Shown piece after piece: positions 27,561-34,864 of a stretch of DNA of 54,687 nucleotides. Every line of letters starts with the position of its first letter. Positions within the stretch are counted from its first letter, which is position 1. The notes beneath the pieces were generated by a model. It ran no database searches and was not told where the DNA came from. It was given only the letters and a program-made list of their open reading frames with translations. The DNA lies in IMG/VR virus record IMGVR_UViG_3300018080_000027, positions 1-54,687 of that record, one strand, 5' to 3'. The position numbers and the translations under genes are program-made. This stretch comes from a virus.

Positions 27561-28319
27561 TTAGCCCATTCCCAATCGCTGGGCGACCCAAAGCGTGACA
27601 CGCACGTCTTGGCGAAGGTACTCCAGGGCCAACTCTCGCTCTTTCTTCGATCCGTGGTACATCCGGTCGAAGTCGGCGCCGGTACATCCCTTCAGTTTGC
27701 CCTCGACGCCGAACGCCCTGGCCAGAACGTCGAGTTTCACGTACTGACCATACGCGCCCATCGTCCAGGTAGTCATGGTGTCGAGAAACGCCTCGCTGTT
27801 GAATTGCAGACGACCGCCGCGAAACGTGAACACCCAGTCGGGAATTGAGACGTCGAGCAGCCACGAACGACGCACGAGAAATGGCAAGTCAAAACCGACG
27901 CCGTTATGGAAGACAAACTCTTCGCCGTCTACGTGGCTTATAACGGCTGTCTCCCACCAATGAGTCAGCACTCCGACTTCTCCGTGCCCGTGGAGCAAAT
28001 GCGGTTCCCTCACGGAAAACCCGTCCCACATCCCGATTGCCAGCACCCTCCCCGTCAGCGGATCGAGCGCCGCCTTCTCTTTCACGCCGGCCAACCATTC
28101 GGCTTTATGGCTGGCGAGGTAGTTTGGCCAGTTGGCGATCTTCGCGCAATGGATGGCTTCTGCCTCCGCAATCTTCGCGTCGATCGTTTCCTGCTTCTTC
28201 GCCCGTCCAAGGTCTACCGATGCCGGGTCAAACGCCCCCGGTTTCTCCGGCGGCTCGTACTGCCGCAACAGTTCCTCGTCAGGCTGTGCCCCCGTCTCGA
28301 TGTCGACCGCTATTAGCAT
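27561..28319 (-). CDS. DEDD (DnaQ/PolB-exo-like) 3'-5' exonuclease
   Basis: MLIAVDIETG (ExoI), FHNGVGFDLPFL (ExoII) and YLRQDV (ExoIII-like). A GGAGGGAG RBS sits inside the csrA 3' end. Confidence 0.75.
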   Translation of the reverse strand: MLIAVDIETGAQPDEELLRQYEPPEKPGAFDPASVDLGRAKKQETIDAKIAEAEAIHCAKIANWPNYLASHKAEWLAGVKEKAALDPLTGRVLAIGMWDGFSVREPHLLHGHGEVGVLTHWWETAVISHVDGEEFVFHNGVGFDLPFLVRRSWLLDVSIPDWVFTFRGGRLQFNSEAFLDTMTTWTMGAYGQYVKLDVLARAFGVEGKLKGCTGADFDRMYHGSKKERELALEYLRQDVRVTLWVAQRLGMG

Positions 28320-28479
28320 CGCTCCCTCCTCGGGTTAGAAGTTCTTCGCGCAGAATGCGCAAGTCATCGGGTGCCTCGATGGCCAAACGAGCTTCGCCCG
28401 CTTTGGCCCGAGTGACGGTGATTCGCACGTTGTTCCCGATATGAATCGCTTGTCCGATCTTCCTTGCTAAGACGAGCAT
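28279..28479 (-). CDS. csrA: CsrA/RsmA-family RNA-binding translational regulator
   Basis: MLVLARKIGQAIHIGNNVRITVTRAKAGEARLAIEAPDDLRILREEL aligns almost residue for residue with E. coli CsrA ([47 protein letters not shown]). AAGGAG RBS 7 nt upstream. Confidence 0.9.
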   Translation of the reverse strand: MLVLARKIGQAIHIGNNVRITVTRAKAGEARLAIEAPDDLRILREELLTRGGSDANSGRHRDGGTA

Positions 28480-28505
28480 CGCTTCACTCCTTTGATTGGA
28501 TTACC

Positions 28506-28554
28506 AAGAAACAAAAACGCCCCTGGCCGATGGGTGCGAGTCATCGACCAGGGG
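28506..28554 (-). terminator. Strong intrinsic terminator on the minus strand, about 27 nt upstream of the csrA start codon
   Basis: Minus strand: CCCCUGGUCGAUG-ACUCGCACC-CAUCGGCCAGGGG (13-bp stem with one G.U), followed by CGUUUUUGUUUCUU. Confidence 0.7.
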
Positions 28555-28754
28555 GCACACTCGCGGAGGGGCATCCGCGTCGACCTGACAATTACTGGAC
28601 GGTCTTTCCTGTGGTCCGTGTCCTCCGAACGCGCAGCACCAAGCTGCAACACCATCCGTGCGTGCTTCCATGCTAGACCCCAGCGCGAGTTAGTTTGCAC
28701 CGGATTGATTCGAGAGGGAACCAAGAGGGTGCTGTGTTTTGGAAACGCTTAACG
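28555..28754 (-). promoter_or_regulatory. Untranslated GGA-rich leader, or a possible stand-alone small RNA, between the promoter and the terminator
   Basis: No credible ORF. Seven GGA triplets on the minus strand cluster within about 28574-28670, including CACGGAUGG and a GGAC...GUCC hairpin with GGA in its loop. An eighth GGA is in the csrA Shine-Dalgarno. Confidence 0.4.
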
Positions 28755-28777
28755 CATCGCAAATGTATATTGCGATG
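28755..28777. promoter_or_regulatory. Perfect palindrome CATCGCAA-N7-TTGCGATG overlapping the -10 and start site (candidate operator)
   Basis: 8-bp arms at 28755-28762 and 28770-28777. Confidence 0.55.
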
Positions 28778-28790
28778 AAGAATTAGTCAA
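28762..28790 (-). promoter_or_regulatory. Sigma70-type promoter for the leftward early (csrA-led) transcript
   Basis: Minus strand TTGACT (28790-28785), 17-nt spacer, TACATT (28767-28762). Located in a local AT-rich island. Confidence 0.55.
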
Positions 28791-28796
28791 GTGCCG

Positions 28797-29030
28797 TTAT
28801 CGCTTTTTCTTCCGGCGCCGCTTTCTGAACATCGGATTACCGCGCAATCGCTCGGTCTCCTTGAATCGGAAAACCTCATCTTCCGGAATGAGCCACATTG
28901 GCCCTACCCGTCGAGTGTCCTTGAATCGGCCTTCTTTGCAGTAGCGTGAAACGAGGCTGTTGCAAATCCCGATAACCGGAGCCGCCTCGTCGACCGTCAT
29001 CATTCCCGGAATGTTGGTTGCCATACTCAT
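28797..29030 (-). CDS. xis: Excisionase-family (MerR-like HTH) DNA-binding protein
   Basis: MTVDEAAPVIGICNSLVSRYCKEGRFKDTRRVGPMWLIPEDEVFRF is a typical excisionase/HTH_17 pattern. Divergent from int, with attP between them. Basic C-terminal tail. Confidence 0.65.
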   Translation of the reverse strand: MSMATNIPGMMTVDEAAPVIGICNSLVSRYCKEGRFKDTRRVGPMWLIPEDEVFRFKETERLRGNPMFRKRRRKKKR

Positions 29031-29062
29031 GCCTTTATTGTAGGATGTGATGGACAATTGAG

Positions 29063-29145
29063 CAATACAGACACGCGGGAAGTTCCACGGCTCACAGCAT
29101 TGCCGCCGGGGCGTTGCCGCTACCCGCTTCCCGCGGTCTGTATTG
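29063..29145. repeat. Imperfect 19/20-bp inverted repeat flanking about 44 bp, next to the attP core
   Basis: CAATACAGACACGCGGGAAG (29063-29082) versus CTTCCCGCGGTCTGTATTG (29127-29145), with a one-base length difference between the arms. Confidence 0.6.
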
Positions 29146-29153
29146 GGGTTCAG

Positions 29154-29206
29154 TGCGGGCGAGAGGAGTCGAACCTCCACGTCCTTACCGGACACAGGAA
29201 CCTGAA
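29154..29206 (-). other. attP core: 3' 53 nt of a type-II tRNA-Leu(CAG)-like gene (anticodon loop to discriminator); not a complete tRNA
   Basis: Minus strand UUCAGGU-UCCUG-U-GUCCGGUAAGGAC-GU-GGAGG-UUCGACU-CCUCU-CGCCCGC-A parallels E. coli tRNA-Leu(CAG) element by element. The 5' stem partner (CAGGA) and the 5' acceptor strand (GCGGGCG) are absent upstream. Confidence 0.75.
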
Positions 29207-29357
29207 GTAAGGGGCTGGAAAAAATGGAATTCCCTGCCAAATGCCTAATCGGAGGGGTATCGGCCCAGCTACTAGACAACCACTATTAGGGTTGTTTGGT
29301 AGCGGCATTGACGGAGTTTTCTGCATGGAGGCGTGGTTGCTCTCAGGAGGACCCGCC

Positions 29358-30209
29358 GTGATTAGAAGCTGCACCCTCGCGGAATACGTAGACGCGTACG
29401 CGACACGCCGGCCGATAGCCCCCGCCTCCGTTGAATTGTTGCGGGTTTCTTGCCGCCTGCTGGCGTCCTACCTCGAACGATCGCCAACCCTGCCCGATCT
29501 CTCGGACGATACGCTCAACGGCTTCGTGCAATGGCTTGAAGCCGGCCGACGGCCAGCGACCGTGAAGAAACACCGGGCGAACATTCTGTCACTCTGGCGA
29601 GACGCTTGGCATGGCAATCTGGTCGAGGACCCGCCGGCCCGGATCCGGGTGGTGCGGCTCGAACGGTCACTCCCCGACGCTTGGACCATCGAAGAGATTC
29701 AGCAATTGATTTCGACCGCCGAGAAAATGAGGGGGCGATTCCGCAAAACGCTGATTCCGAAAAGCTGGTTCTGGCACTCGATGATCCTCGGCCTTTGGGA
29801 TACCGGATTGCGGATTGGGGACCTGCTCGAAGTCCGTCGCCCGCGCGTCACTGGCGATGGGCGGTTCCGCGTCCTGCAGCGGAAAACGCAGCATTGGAAG
29901 GATTGCCAATTTCGGCGGCCAACGCTCGAATTGATTGATTCCGGTCTGGATGGCCGAGTGGTCATCTGGCCGCTCTGGGCTTCGAGGCGAGACTTCTACA
30001 AGGCATTCAAGAGGATCGTCAGGGCAGCGAGGATCCGGCCGGGCACCACCCGCTGGATCCGGCGATCGGCGGCGAGTTACGTCGAGCGTGACCACCCTGG
30101 AGCGGCTACCGAGTTCCTCGGGCACCGAGATAGGACCATCGCCGACCGGCATTACATCGACCCGCGAATTGCCAGGCCGGCACTGCATCAACCCCCAGAG
30201 TTGGGGTGA
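29358..30209 (+). CDS. int: Tyrosine recombinase (phage integrase)
   Basis: GLRIGDLLEV (Arg box), RWIRRSAAS, LGHRDRTIADRHYID (His...Tyr). GTG 29358 is preceded by AGGAGG. ATG 29241 and ATG 29325 are alternative starts. Confidence 0.85.
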   Translation: MIRSCTLAEYVDAYATRRPIAPASVELLRVSCRLLASYLERSPTLPDLSDDTLNGFVQWLEAGRRPATVKKHRANILSLWRDAWHGNLVEDPPARIRVVRLERSLPDAWTIEEIQQLISTAEKMRGRFRKTLIPKSWFWHSMILGLWDTGLRIGDLLEVRRPRVTGDGRFRVLQRKTQHWKDCQFRRPTLELIDSGLDGRVVIWPLWASRRDFYKAFKRIVRAARIRPGTTRWIRRSAASYVERDHPGAATEFLGHRDRTIADRHYIDPRIARPALHQPPELG

Positions 30210-30224
30210 GCACCTAGCGTTACC

Positions 30225-30538
30225 GGCCACACTGGCCTCATTTTGCGCGCTACCGTCAACAGCACTATTGCACACACAAACCATTATAATACACACACTT
30301 ACAAGAAATAGATTTAAGTTTGTGGCCAGTGTGGCCACTGTGGCCAGTATTTTATATACGCGTATGTATTAGGGTGTATGAAGTGAAAGAGAACGAACCA
30401 AAGTATACGCAAGAGTGTATACGTATGTTTTTCGCCGGCCACATTGGCAACACTGGCCACAAAATGACGCAAGTGATTGCGAACGAACAACTTAGGTGTG
30501 TGGCCAGTAGGTTGGAAAAGCGGGACAGTGTGGCCAGT
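30225..30538. repeat. Iteron-like repeat field in a non-coding AT-richer gap
   Basis: GTGGCCAGT/GTGGCCACT x3 in tandem at 30322-30348. TGTGGCCAGT again at 30499 and 30529. Inverted copies at 30452-30460 and within GGCCACACTGGCC at 30225-30237. Also palindrome ATACGCGTAT (30355-30364) and GTATACG x2 (30403, 30416). Confidence 0.8.
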
Positions 30539-30640
30539 AACCAAAGTGACTTGAGAAACAGGGAAAGATAGGGGAGCACAAGCGAGCTTCCAATTCCCCC
30601 GATCGGCGGATTCGGTGGGGCACCCATAAGAGGCAGATAG

Positions 30641-31342
30641 CTACGGCGAGGCATCGCAGCTTTCGTATCTTGCCAAGATTCTCGCTACAATCTGGTGCGG
30701 CCAAGTGTACTTGCCGCGGCGTTCGATCCTCTCGGCTTCCAATCGCCGGCCGATCGCTCGAAGTGATAGCCCCTCGGTTCGCAGCCGTTGGATGTGTCCA
30801 ACGACCTCGATTTCTTCCGGGCACTCGACAAGCCGGGCCGGGTCTTCCGGATCCCGCATCGTGCCCCAGGGTACACGATTGCTCATCCGCCGGCCGTTTG
30901 CCTGATGGCAGAGCATAGCCGCGCTGGTCCTCATGGCCCCTTCCTCGCGGAAATACTGATCCATCGCCACCGCGAAGTGGAACATCAACCGGCCTTGGGG
31001 CGTGCTGGTGTCAACCTGGAAGCCCTCGAGCGCTCGCAATTCGGCCCCTGCCGCGTCGAGCCGTTCGTAGACCTCTATTGCATCCCGAAGGTTACGGGCG
31101 AACCTGGAGAGCGTGTAGACGCATAGAACGGCCTTCTGCCGGCAAGCGGCGTCGATCGCGGCCAGAAACCCGGGCCGGTTGTCCATCCTGCCCCCACTCT
31201 TGAGGGAATCGGAGTGTTCCCCAACGACCGTATCCCCCCGCCGGTCGCAGTCAGCCCGCAATACCTGGCACTGCAGGGCGATGCTCTCATTTTCTTCCGG
31301 CCTAGGGGAGATTCGAGCATACAAGACGGCGGGCGTTGTCAT
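30641..31342 (-). CDS. Small serine recombinase (resolvase/invertase family) with a C-terminal HTH
   Basis: AVLYARISPRPEENESIALQ (catalytic Ser context), VYTLSRFARN, VDTSTPQGRL, C-terminal LSLRAIGRRL. ATG 31342 overlaps the methylase stop (ATGA). Confidence 0.85.
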   Translation of the reverse strand: MTTPAVLYARISPRPEENESIALQCQVLRADCDRRGDTVVGEHSDSLKSGGRMDNRPGFLAAIDAACRQKAVLCVYTLSRFARNLRDAIEVYERLDAAGAELRALEGFQVDTSTPQGRLMFHFAVAMDQYFREEGAMRTSAAMLCHQANGRRMSNRVPWGTMRDPEDPARLVECPEEIEVVGHIQRLRTEGLSLRAIGRRLEAERIERRGKYTWPHQIVARILARYESCDASP

Positions 31343-31989
31343 GCCGGGGCCTCGTTCATGGTCAACAGAACCGCATTCACCCGGGTGCCTTCCTCCCGGA
31401 ACGATCCCTCGGGTAACTCCTCCCACGAATCGGCCAACGGCTGCAGCTTCTCGCGTTGCCGAGGTCCATTGGCACACAATGCAACCAGCCGGCCGCCGGG
31501 CACCAACAAGCCCCGGGCGTGCTGGATGTGCTTCACGTCTCGCCCCATCTTGAATGGGGGGTTCATTACGATCCGGTCGAACCGCCCTCCGAGGCGATCC
31601 GGGCCACACTCCAGAAAATCGGCCTGCACTAGCCGTATCCCGCCGCCGAATCGATACAACTCGCCGCAACAGTCCGCGGAGTTCTCAACCAGGATAACCT
31701 CGATCCGATCACGGCAAGCCCGCCGGATGGCCTGGTACAGCCGACCGAGACCCGCCGACGGCTCTAAGACCCTATGCCCCTCCTCGATCTCCGCAATCGC
31801 CGCCATGCGGTCGGCCAACCACTCTGGAGTTTGAAATAGATTGAACGCCGAGACGGCCCGGGGGGCGGAATCCTCCCGGGCCAGCCGGTGGAACCTCGAG
31901 CGCTCGCGGCTCATCTCCTCCCCGACCGCCTCCGTCACTTCGCGCAGGTGGCGAAGTCGGAGACGGCCGGTCAACTGGGACTCTCTCAT
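31339..31989 (-). CDS. Orphan N6-adenine DNA methyltransferase (no cognate endonuclease recognised in the window)
   Basis: FQTP, VLEPSAGLG (motif I) and VMNPPF (motif IV). ATG 31989 overlaps the upstream stop (ATGA). Confidence 0.8.
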   Translation of the reverse strand: MRESQLTGRLRLRHLREVTEAVGEEMSRERSRFHRLAREDSAPRAVSAFNLFQTPEWLADRMAAIAEIEEGHRVLEPSAGLGRLYQAIRRACRDRIEVILVENSADCCGELYRFGGGIRLVQADFLECGPDRLGGRFDRIVMNPPFKMGRDVKHIQHARGLLVPGGRLVALCANGPRQREKLQPLADSWEELPEGSFREEGTRVNAVLLTMNEAPA

Positions 31990-33521
31990 GCTGTCACCTT
32001 CTCCGCTTGTGCCTCGATGGCATCCCAATCGAGGGGTAACGGCTTTTGCGGCTTGTCTTCGAGCACAACCACCGAATCGGCCCCCATGCGCCACATAATT
32101 CGGATCCGGAACACCGCCGCTCCACTGGATCGATTCGAGCGCCGACCGTTGGCATTGATCGCCACCGCCTGGGCCATATCGCCTCGGGACCAGCGGCTAT
32201 ACTTGGCCTGGGTGATTCGCGTGACCTCTTCATGGTAGCTGTGCCCGTTCCAAAGGGCCTGAAGCCTCGCGGCGTCCTCATCGGTCGGATTGACCAGGGG
32301 AGGGGCTTTCGGCTTCCTTGTCTTCGCTGCCTTGACCGCCGCCGCCTCTTCCTCGGTCGGGGGCGTGTAGGCGCCTGACCCTAGCCGGGTAACGTCCAGC
32401 TTGTGCAGCACCAACGGCCGCGGATTGTCGGGCCCGTATTCCCTGCCCTGGCTGTCATAGCGGTTCTGATTCGGGGCCTCAACCATCACCGAAGTGACGG
32501 CGCCCGTGACCCGGCTCTTGTTCACCTTCTGAATCTGATACCGCCCACGCTCCAGCGGCCACCGGTCGCGCCACTGGATCCAGCCGCCGGGCTCCATTTC
32601 GACCGCTCCAGCGCTCCCCCCCTCGACTTCGAGCATGGCCCGTTCATAGGTCAGCCGCAACGCATAGTGAGCCAGCCAACGGGCATGAAGCCCGCCGGGT
32701 TCCCCCGGATCCCTCCAGCCCTCCAACGCGAAAGCCGCTGCTTCGCGAGGCGTGATAGGGTCCTCAGGATCCGTCAGAAGCGAATAGAGCGATTGCCGGC
32801 CGTTTCCAAACGCCTCCGGATCCGGTTCCCGCCGCGGGTGGTGATATGTCCGACACCCCGAGAAGTGATTCGCCAGCGTGTAGGCGAGTTTCCCCGCCTC
32901 GGTGGCGTCGGGGTTCTCCGCGTCGGCCACGTCAGCCCCAGGCAAGCCCGAAACCCGGTTCCATGCGTCGAAAAGCTCCCGGGCCCTGTCGAGTTCCTTC
33001 TGCAACTTTCGCTCCCCGGCCTCCAACCGCTTGATCCTCGAGCGCCGCACCGGGGCACTCGACTTATGCAACGCGTGTCGAATCACGCCGGCCGTCCGAG
33101 TCTGCCAGTATTCGGCCTTCGACCACTGCGAGACCGCGGCGACGCGATGCCGATCATGCCTCGCCGCCTGCCGCTCTGCCCTTGCCCGGCTCTGATGGCC
33201 GAACACTGCCGGCCCGGCCTCGAACGCATCCGCACGCCCCTCGGCCTCTCCCCGCCGGCGATCTCGATACCCGCCGAACCGTTCCGCCCGATCTGCGCTT
33301 CGCTCCTCGGGGCTGTAGTCCTCGTCGTCGATCTCGTCGACGAATTGAAACAACTCGTCTTCGGCTTGAGGCGTCCACCGCGGGCACACGAAGCACTGTT
33401 GGTGCCGTGCCCACTTGAACCCGACGCCCTTCAAGGCTTGGTATTCGTCCTCATCGAGGCGATAAGCCGCGTACAGCCGCAGCTTGTTGTCTTCGGGGCT
33501 GTAGGTTGCTTGGTGTTCCAT
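31986..33521 (-). CDS. DUF3560-like protein
   Basis: N-terminal DNKLRLY...LKGVGFKW...EDYSPEERSADRAERF...GHQSRARAER...AEYW pattern recalls DUF3560 proteins of plasmids and phages. The start carries the shared start-associated sequence. Confidence 0.5.
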   Translation of the reverse strand: MEHQATYSPEDNKLRLYAAYRLDEDEYQALKGVGFKWARHQQCFVCPRWTPQAEDELFQFVDEIDDEDYSPEERSADRAERFGGYRDRRRGEAEGRADAFEAGPAVFGHQSRARAERQAARHDRHRVAAVSQWSKAEYWQTRTAGVIRHALHKSSAPVRRSRIKRLEAGERKLQKELDRARELFDAWNRVSGLPGADVADAENPDATEAGKLAYTLANHFSGCRTYHHPRREPDPEAFGNGRQSLYSLLTDPEDPITPREAAAFALEGWRDPGEPGGLHARWLAHYALRLTYERAMLEVEGGSAGAVEMEPGGWIQWRDRWPLERGRYQIQKVNKSRVTGAVTSVMVEAPNQNRYDSQGREYGPDNPRPLVLHKLDVTRLGSGAYTPPTEEEAAAVKAAKTRKPKAPPLVNPTDEDAARLQALWNGHSYHEEVTRITQAKYSRWSRGDMAQAVAINANGRRSNRSSGAAVFRIRIMWRMGADSVVVLEDKPQKPLPLDWDAIEAQAEKVTA

Positions 33522-33585
33522 TGTCTCTGGTCTCCTACTGTGGATTCTGGAAAAAGGAAAGTCTGCCCCACCGCACGCACCGACG

Positions 33586-33969
33586 CTATCCGTAGATAGA
33601 AAACGCCATATCCCCGGCCGGCAATGAAATATCGCGGACGTAGTCGGTCTTGTCGTTGGTGATGACTTCGATCCAGTGCCGGGCGTCTTGGGCGGGGCAC
33701 ATCAAGCGCCCGTTGCCGCACCGGACGAGGACCAGCCGCAGGCGGTCGAGCGATTTCAGCCGGTCTACCTGCTCCATGGTCATGAAGCCATGGTTCTTGA
33801 CGATCGCCGCGAGCAACTCGCCTAACAAGCTCTGTTGAGCGTGCCGCTGCCGCTCCTCTCGCATCCGCTCTATCCGTGTCACTCGGTCGTTGGCTCGCTG
33901 GATCGCTGCCGCGGTGGTCAAGCCGGCCGGCATATTCGGGTTGCGTTGGTTGGTGCTGATTGTCTCCAT
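33586..33969 (-). CDS. Hypothetical protein
   Basis: 127-aa ORF. ATG immediately preceded by AAGGGAGACCAGAGACA. Confidence 0.55.
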   Translation of the reverse strand: METISTNQRNPNMPAGLTTAAAIQRANDRVTRIERMREERQRHAQQSLLGELLAAIVKNHGFMTMEQVDRLKSLDRLRLVLVRCGNGRLMCPAQDARHWIEVITNDKTDYVRDISLPAGDMAFSIYG

Positions 33970-34032
33970 TGTCTCTGGTCTCCCTTGTGCTGTTGTTTTG
34001 GAAATTCGCGGGTATTCGGTCGGTTACGTTAG

Positions 34033-34230
34033 TTACTCCCCGCGATCTATGTCGCTGGCAATCTGCCGTAGATCGAGCACGTACGCGGCCACACATCGCG
34101 CTGCGTCGTGCTTCGACAGATACTCAACGTGCCCTGGTCGAGCATCGGCGGCCAGACGTTCGACGATTCGCTCCAGCCCGTTTGCGATCGTGTCAAGCCG
34201 CATCCGCCATAGTGTCTGCTCATCGCTCAT
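34033..34230 (-). CDS. Hypothetical small protein
   Basis: 65-aa ORF. ATG preceded by AAGGGAGACAAGAGACA. Confidence 0.55.
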   Translation of the reverse strand: MSDEQTLWRMRLDTIANGLERIVERLAADARPGHVEYLSKHDAARCVAAYVLDLRQIASDIDRGE

Positions 34231-34278
34231 TGTCTCTTGTCTCCCTTGTGTGATTGCCTGCCGTGAAAACTCCCCAGC

Positions 34279-34533
34279 CTATGCGCGCATCGACTGGATT
34301 GCATCGTCCAGATCATCGGCATAATCTGCCGGGTCGTCGCCACCCTCGTGTATGATCTCGGTCAGATGGTCTCGCATGGCGGCCTCAGTAGAGTGGCTGT
34401 AGTCTGCCACCTGTCGGCCGGTTGCGATCCACTCGCCATCCCGATAGAATTCGATCGTCGAGGCCGCATCGGACCAGGTGGCCCGCAGGCTGTATGGGGT
34501 GCCGAATAGCTCCGCTGTGATCGTGCGCGTCAT
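34279..34533 (-). CDS. Hypothetical small acidic protein
   Basis: ATG 34533 (MTRTITAELF) is preceded by AAGGGAAACGAGAAA. Acidic C-terminus GGDDPADYADDLDD. Confidence 0.55.
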   Translation of the reverse strand: MTRTITAELFGTPYSLRATWSDAASTIEFYRDGEWIATGRQVADYSHSTEAAMRDHLTEIIHEGGDDPADYADDLDDAIQSMRA

Positions 34534-34585
34534 TTTCTCGTTTCCCTTGTGTGTGGTGTTTATGAAACAGACTCCGCCGCGCGGG

Positions 34586-34801
34586 CTACCAGCCGGCGAC
34601 GTCGTCGGCCGTGTCGTGTACGTAATCGTCACTGGGGGAAATCCAATCCGTCCAGCCCGCGATATACTCCTCCGCCTCGCGGCGGGTGGCAAAGTCCGTG
34701 TCTTCGCTGCATCCGGCCGGGTCGACCCACACGCCGTTGCTGTCGCGGCTTTCGACGATATGGCGGCCGTATTGATGGCGGATGCGGAAGTTAGTGGTCA
34801 T
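34586..34801 (-). CDS. Hypothetical small acidic protein
   Basis: 71-aa ORF. ATG preceded by AAGGAGACCGAGACA. Confidence 0.55.
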   Translation of the reverse strand: MTTNFRIRHQYGRHIVESRDSNGVWVDPAGCSEDTDFATRREAEEYIAGWTDWISPSDDYVHDTADDVAGW

Positions 34802-34864
34802 TGTCTCGGTCTCCTTGTGTGTGGTGTGAATCGGTCTCCCTGTGTGGTGGTGTGAAATAGTCCG

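Noticed and set aside
28467-28724. 85-aa minus-strand ORF in the region upstream of csrA
   Set aside because: It has no RBS, an implausible composition, and it spans the terminator hairpin. The region is better explained as an untranslated leader.
29154-29206. Possible complete tRNA gene next to the integrase
   Set aside because: Only the anticodon loop through the 3' acceptor strand is present. The 5' acceptor strand (GCGGGCG), the D arm and the 5' anticodon stem (CAGGA) cannot be found upstream on the minus strand. It is therefore called an attP tRNA fragment.
30320-30654. ORFs 30320..30571 (+), 30314..30544 (-) and 30352..30654 (-) in the int/recombinase gap
   Set aside because: Their reading frames are generated by the GTGGCCAGT repeats (WPV/VAS strings). 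There are no RBSs. The region is treated as non-coding repeats.
32403-33599. 398-aa + strand ORF antisense to the DUF3560-like gene, and 33431..34096 (-) overlapping small genes
   Set aside because: No motifs and an Arg/Pro-rich composition. They conflict with genes supported by the start-associated sequence and by ATGA coupling.
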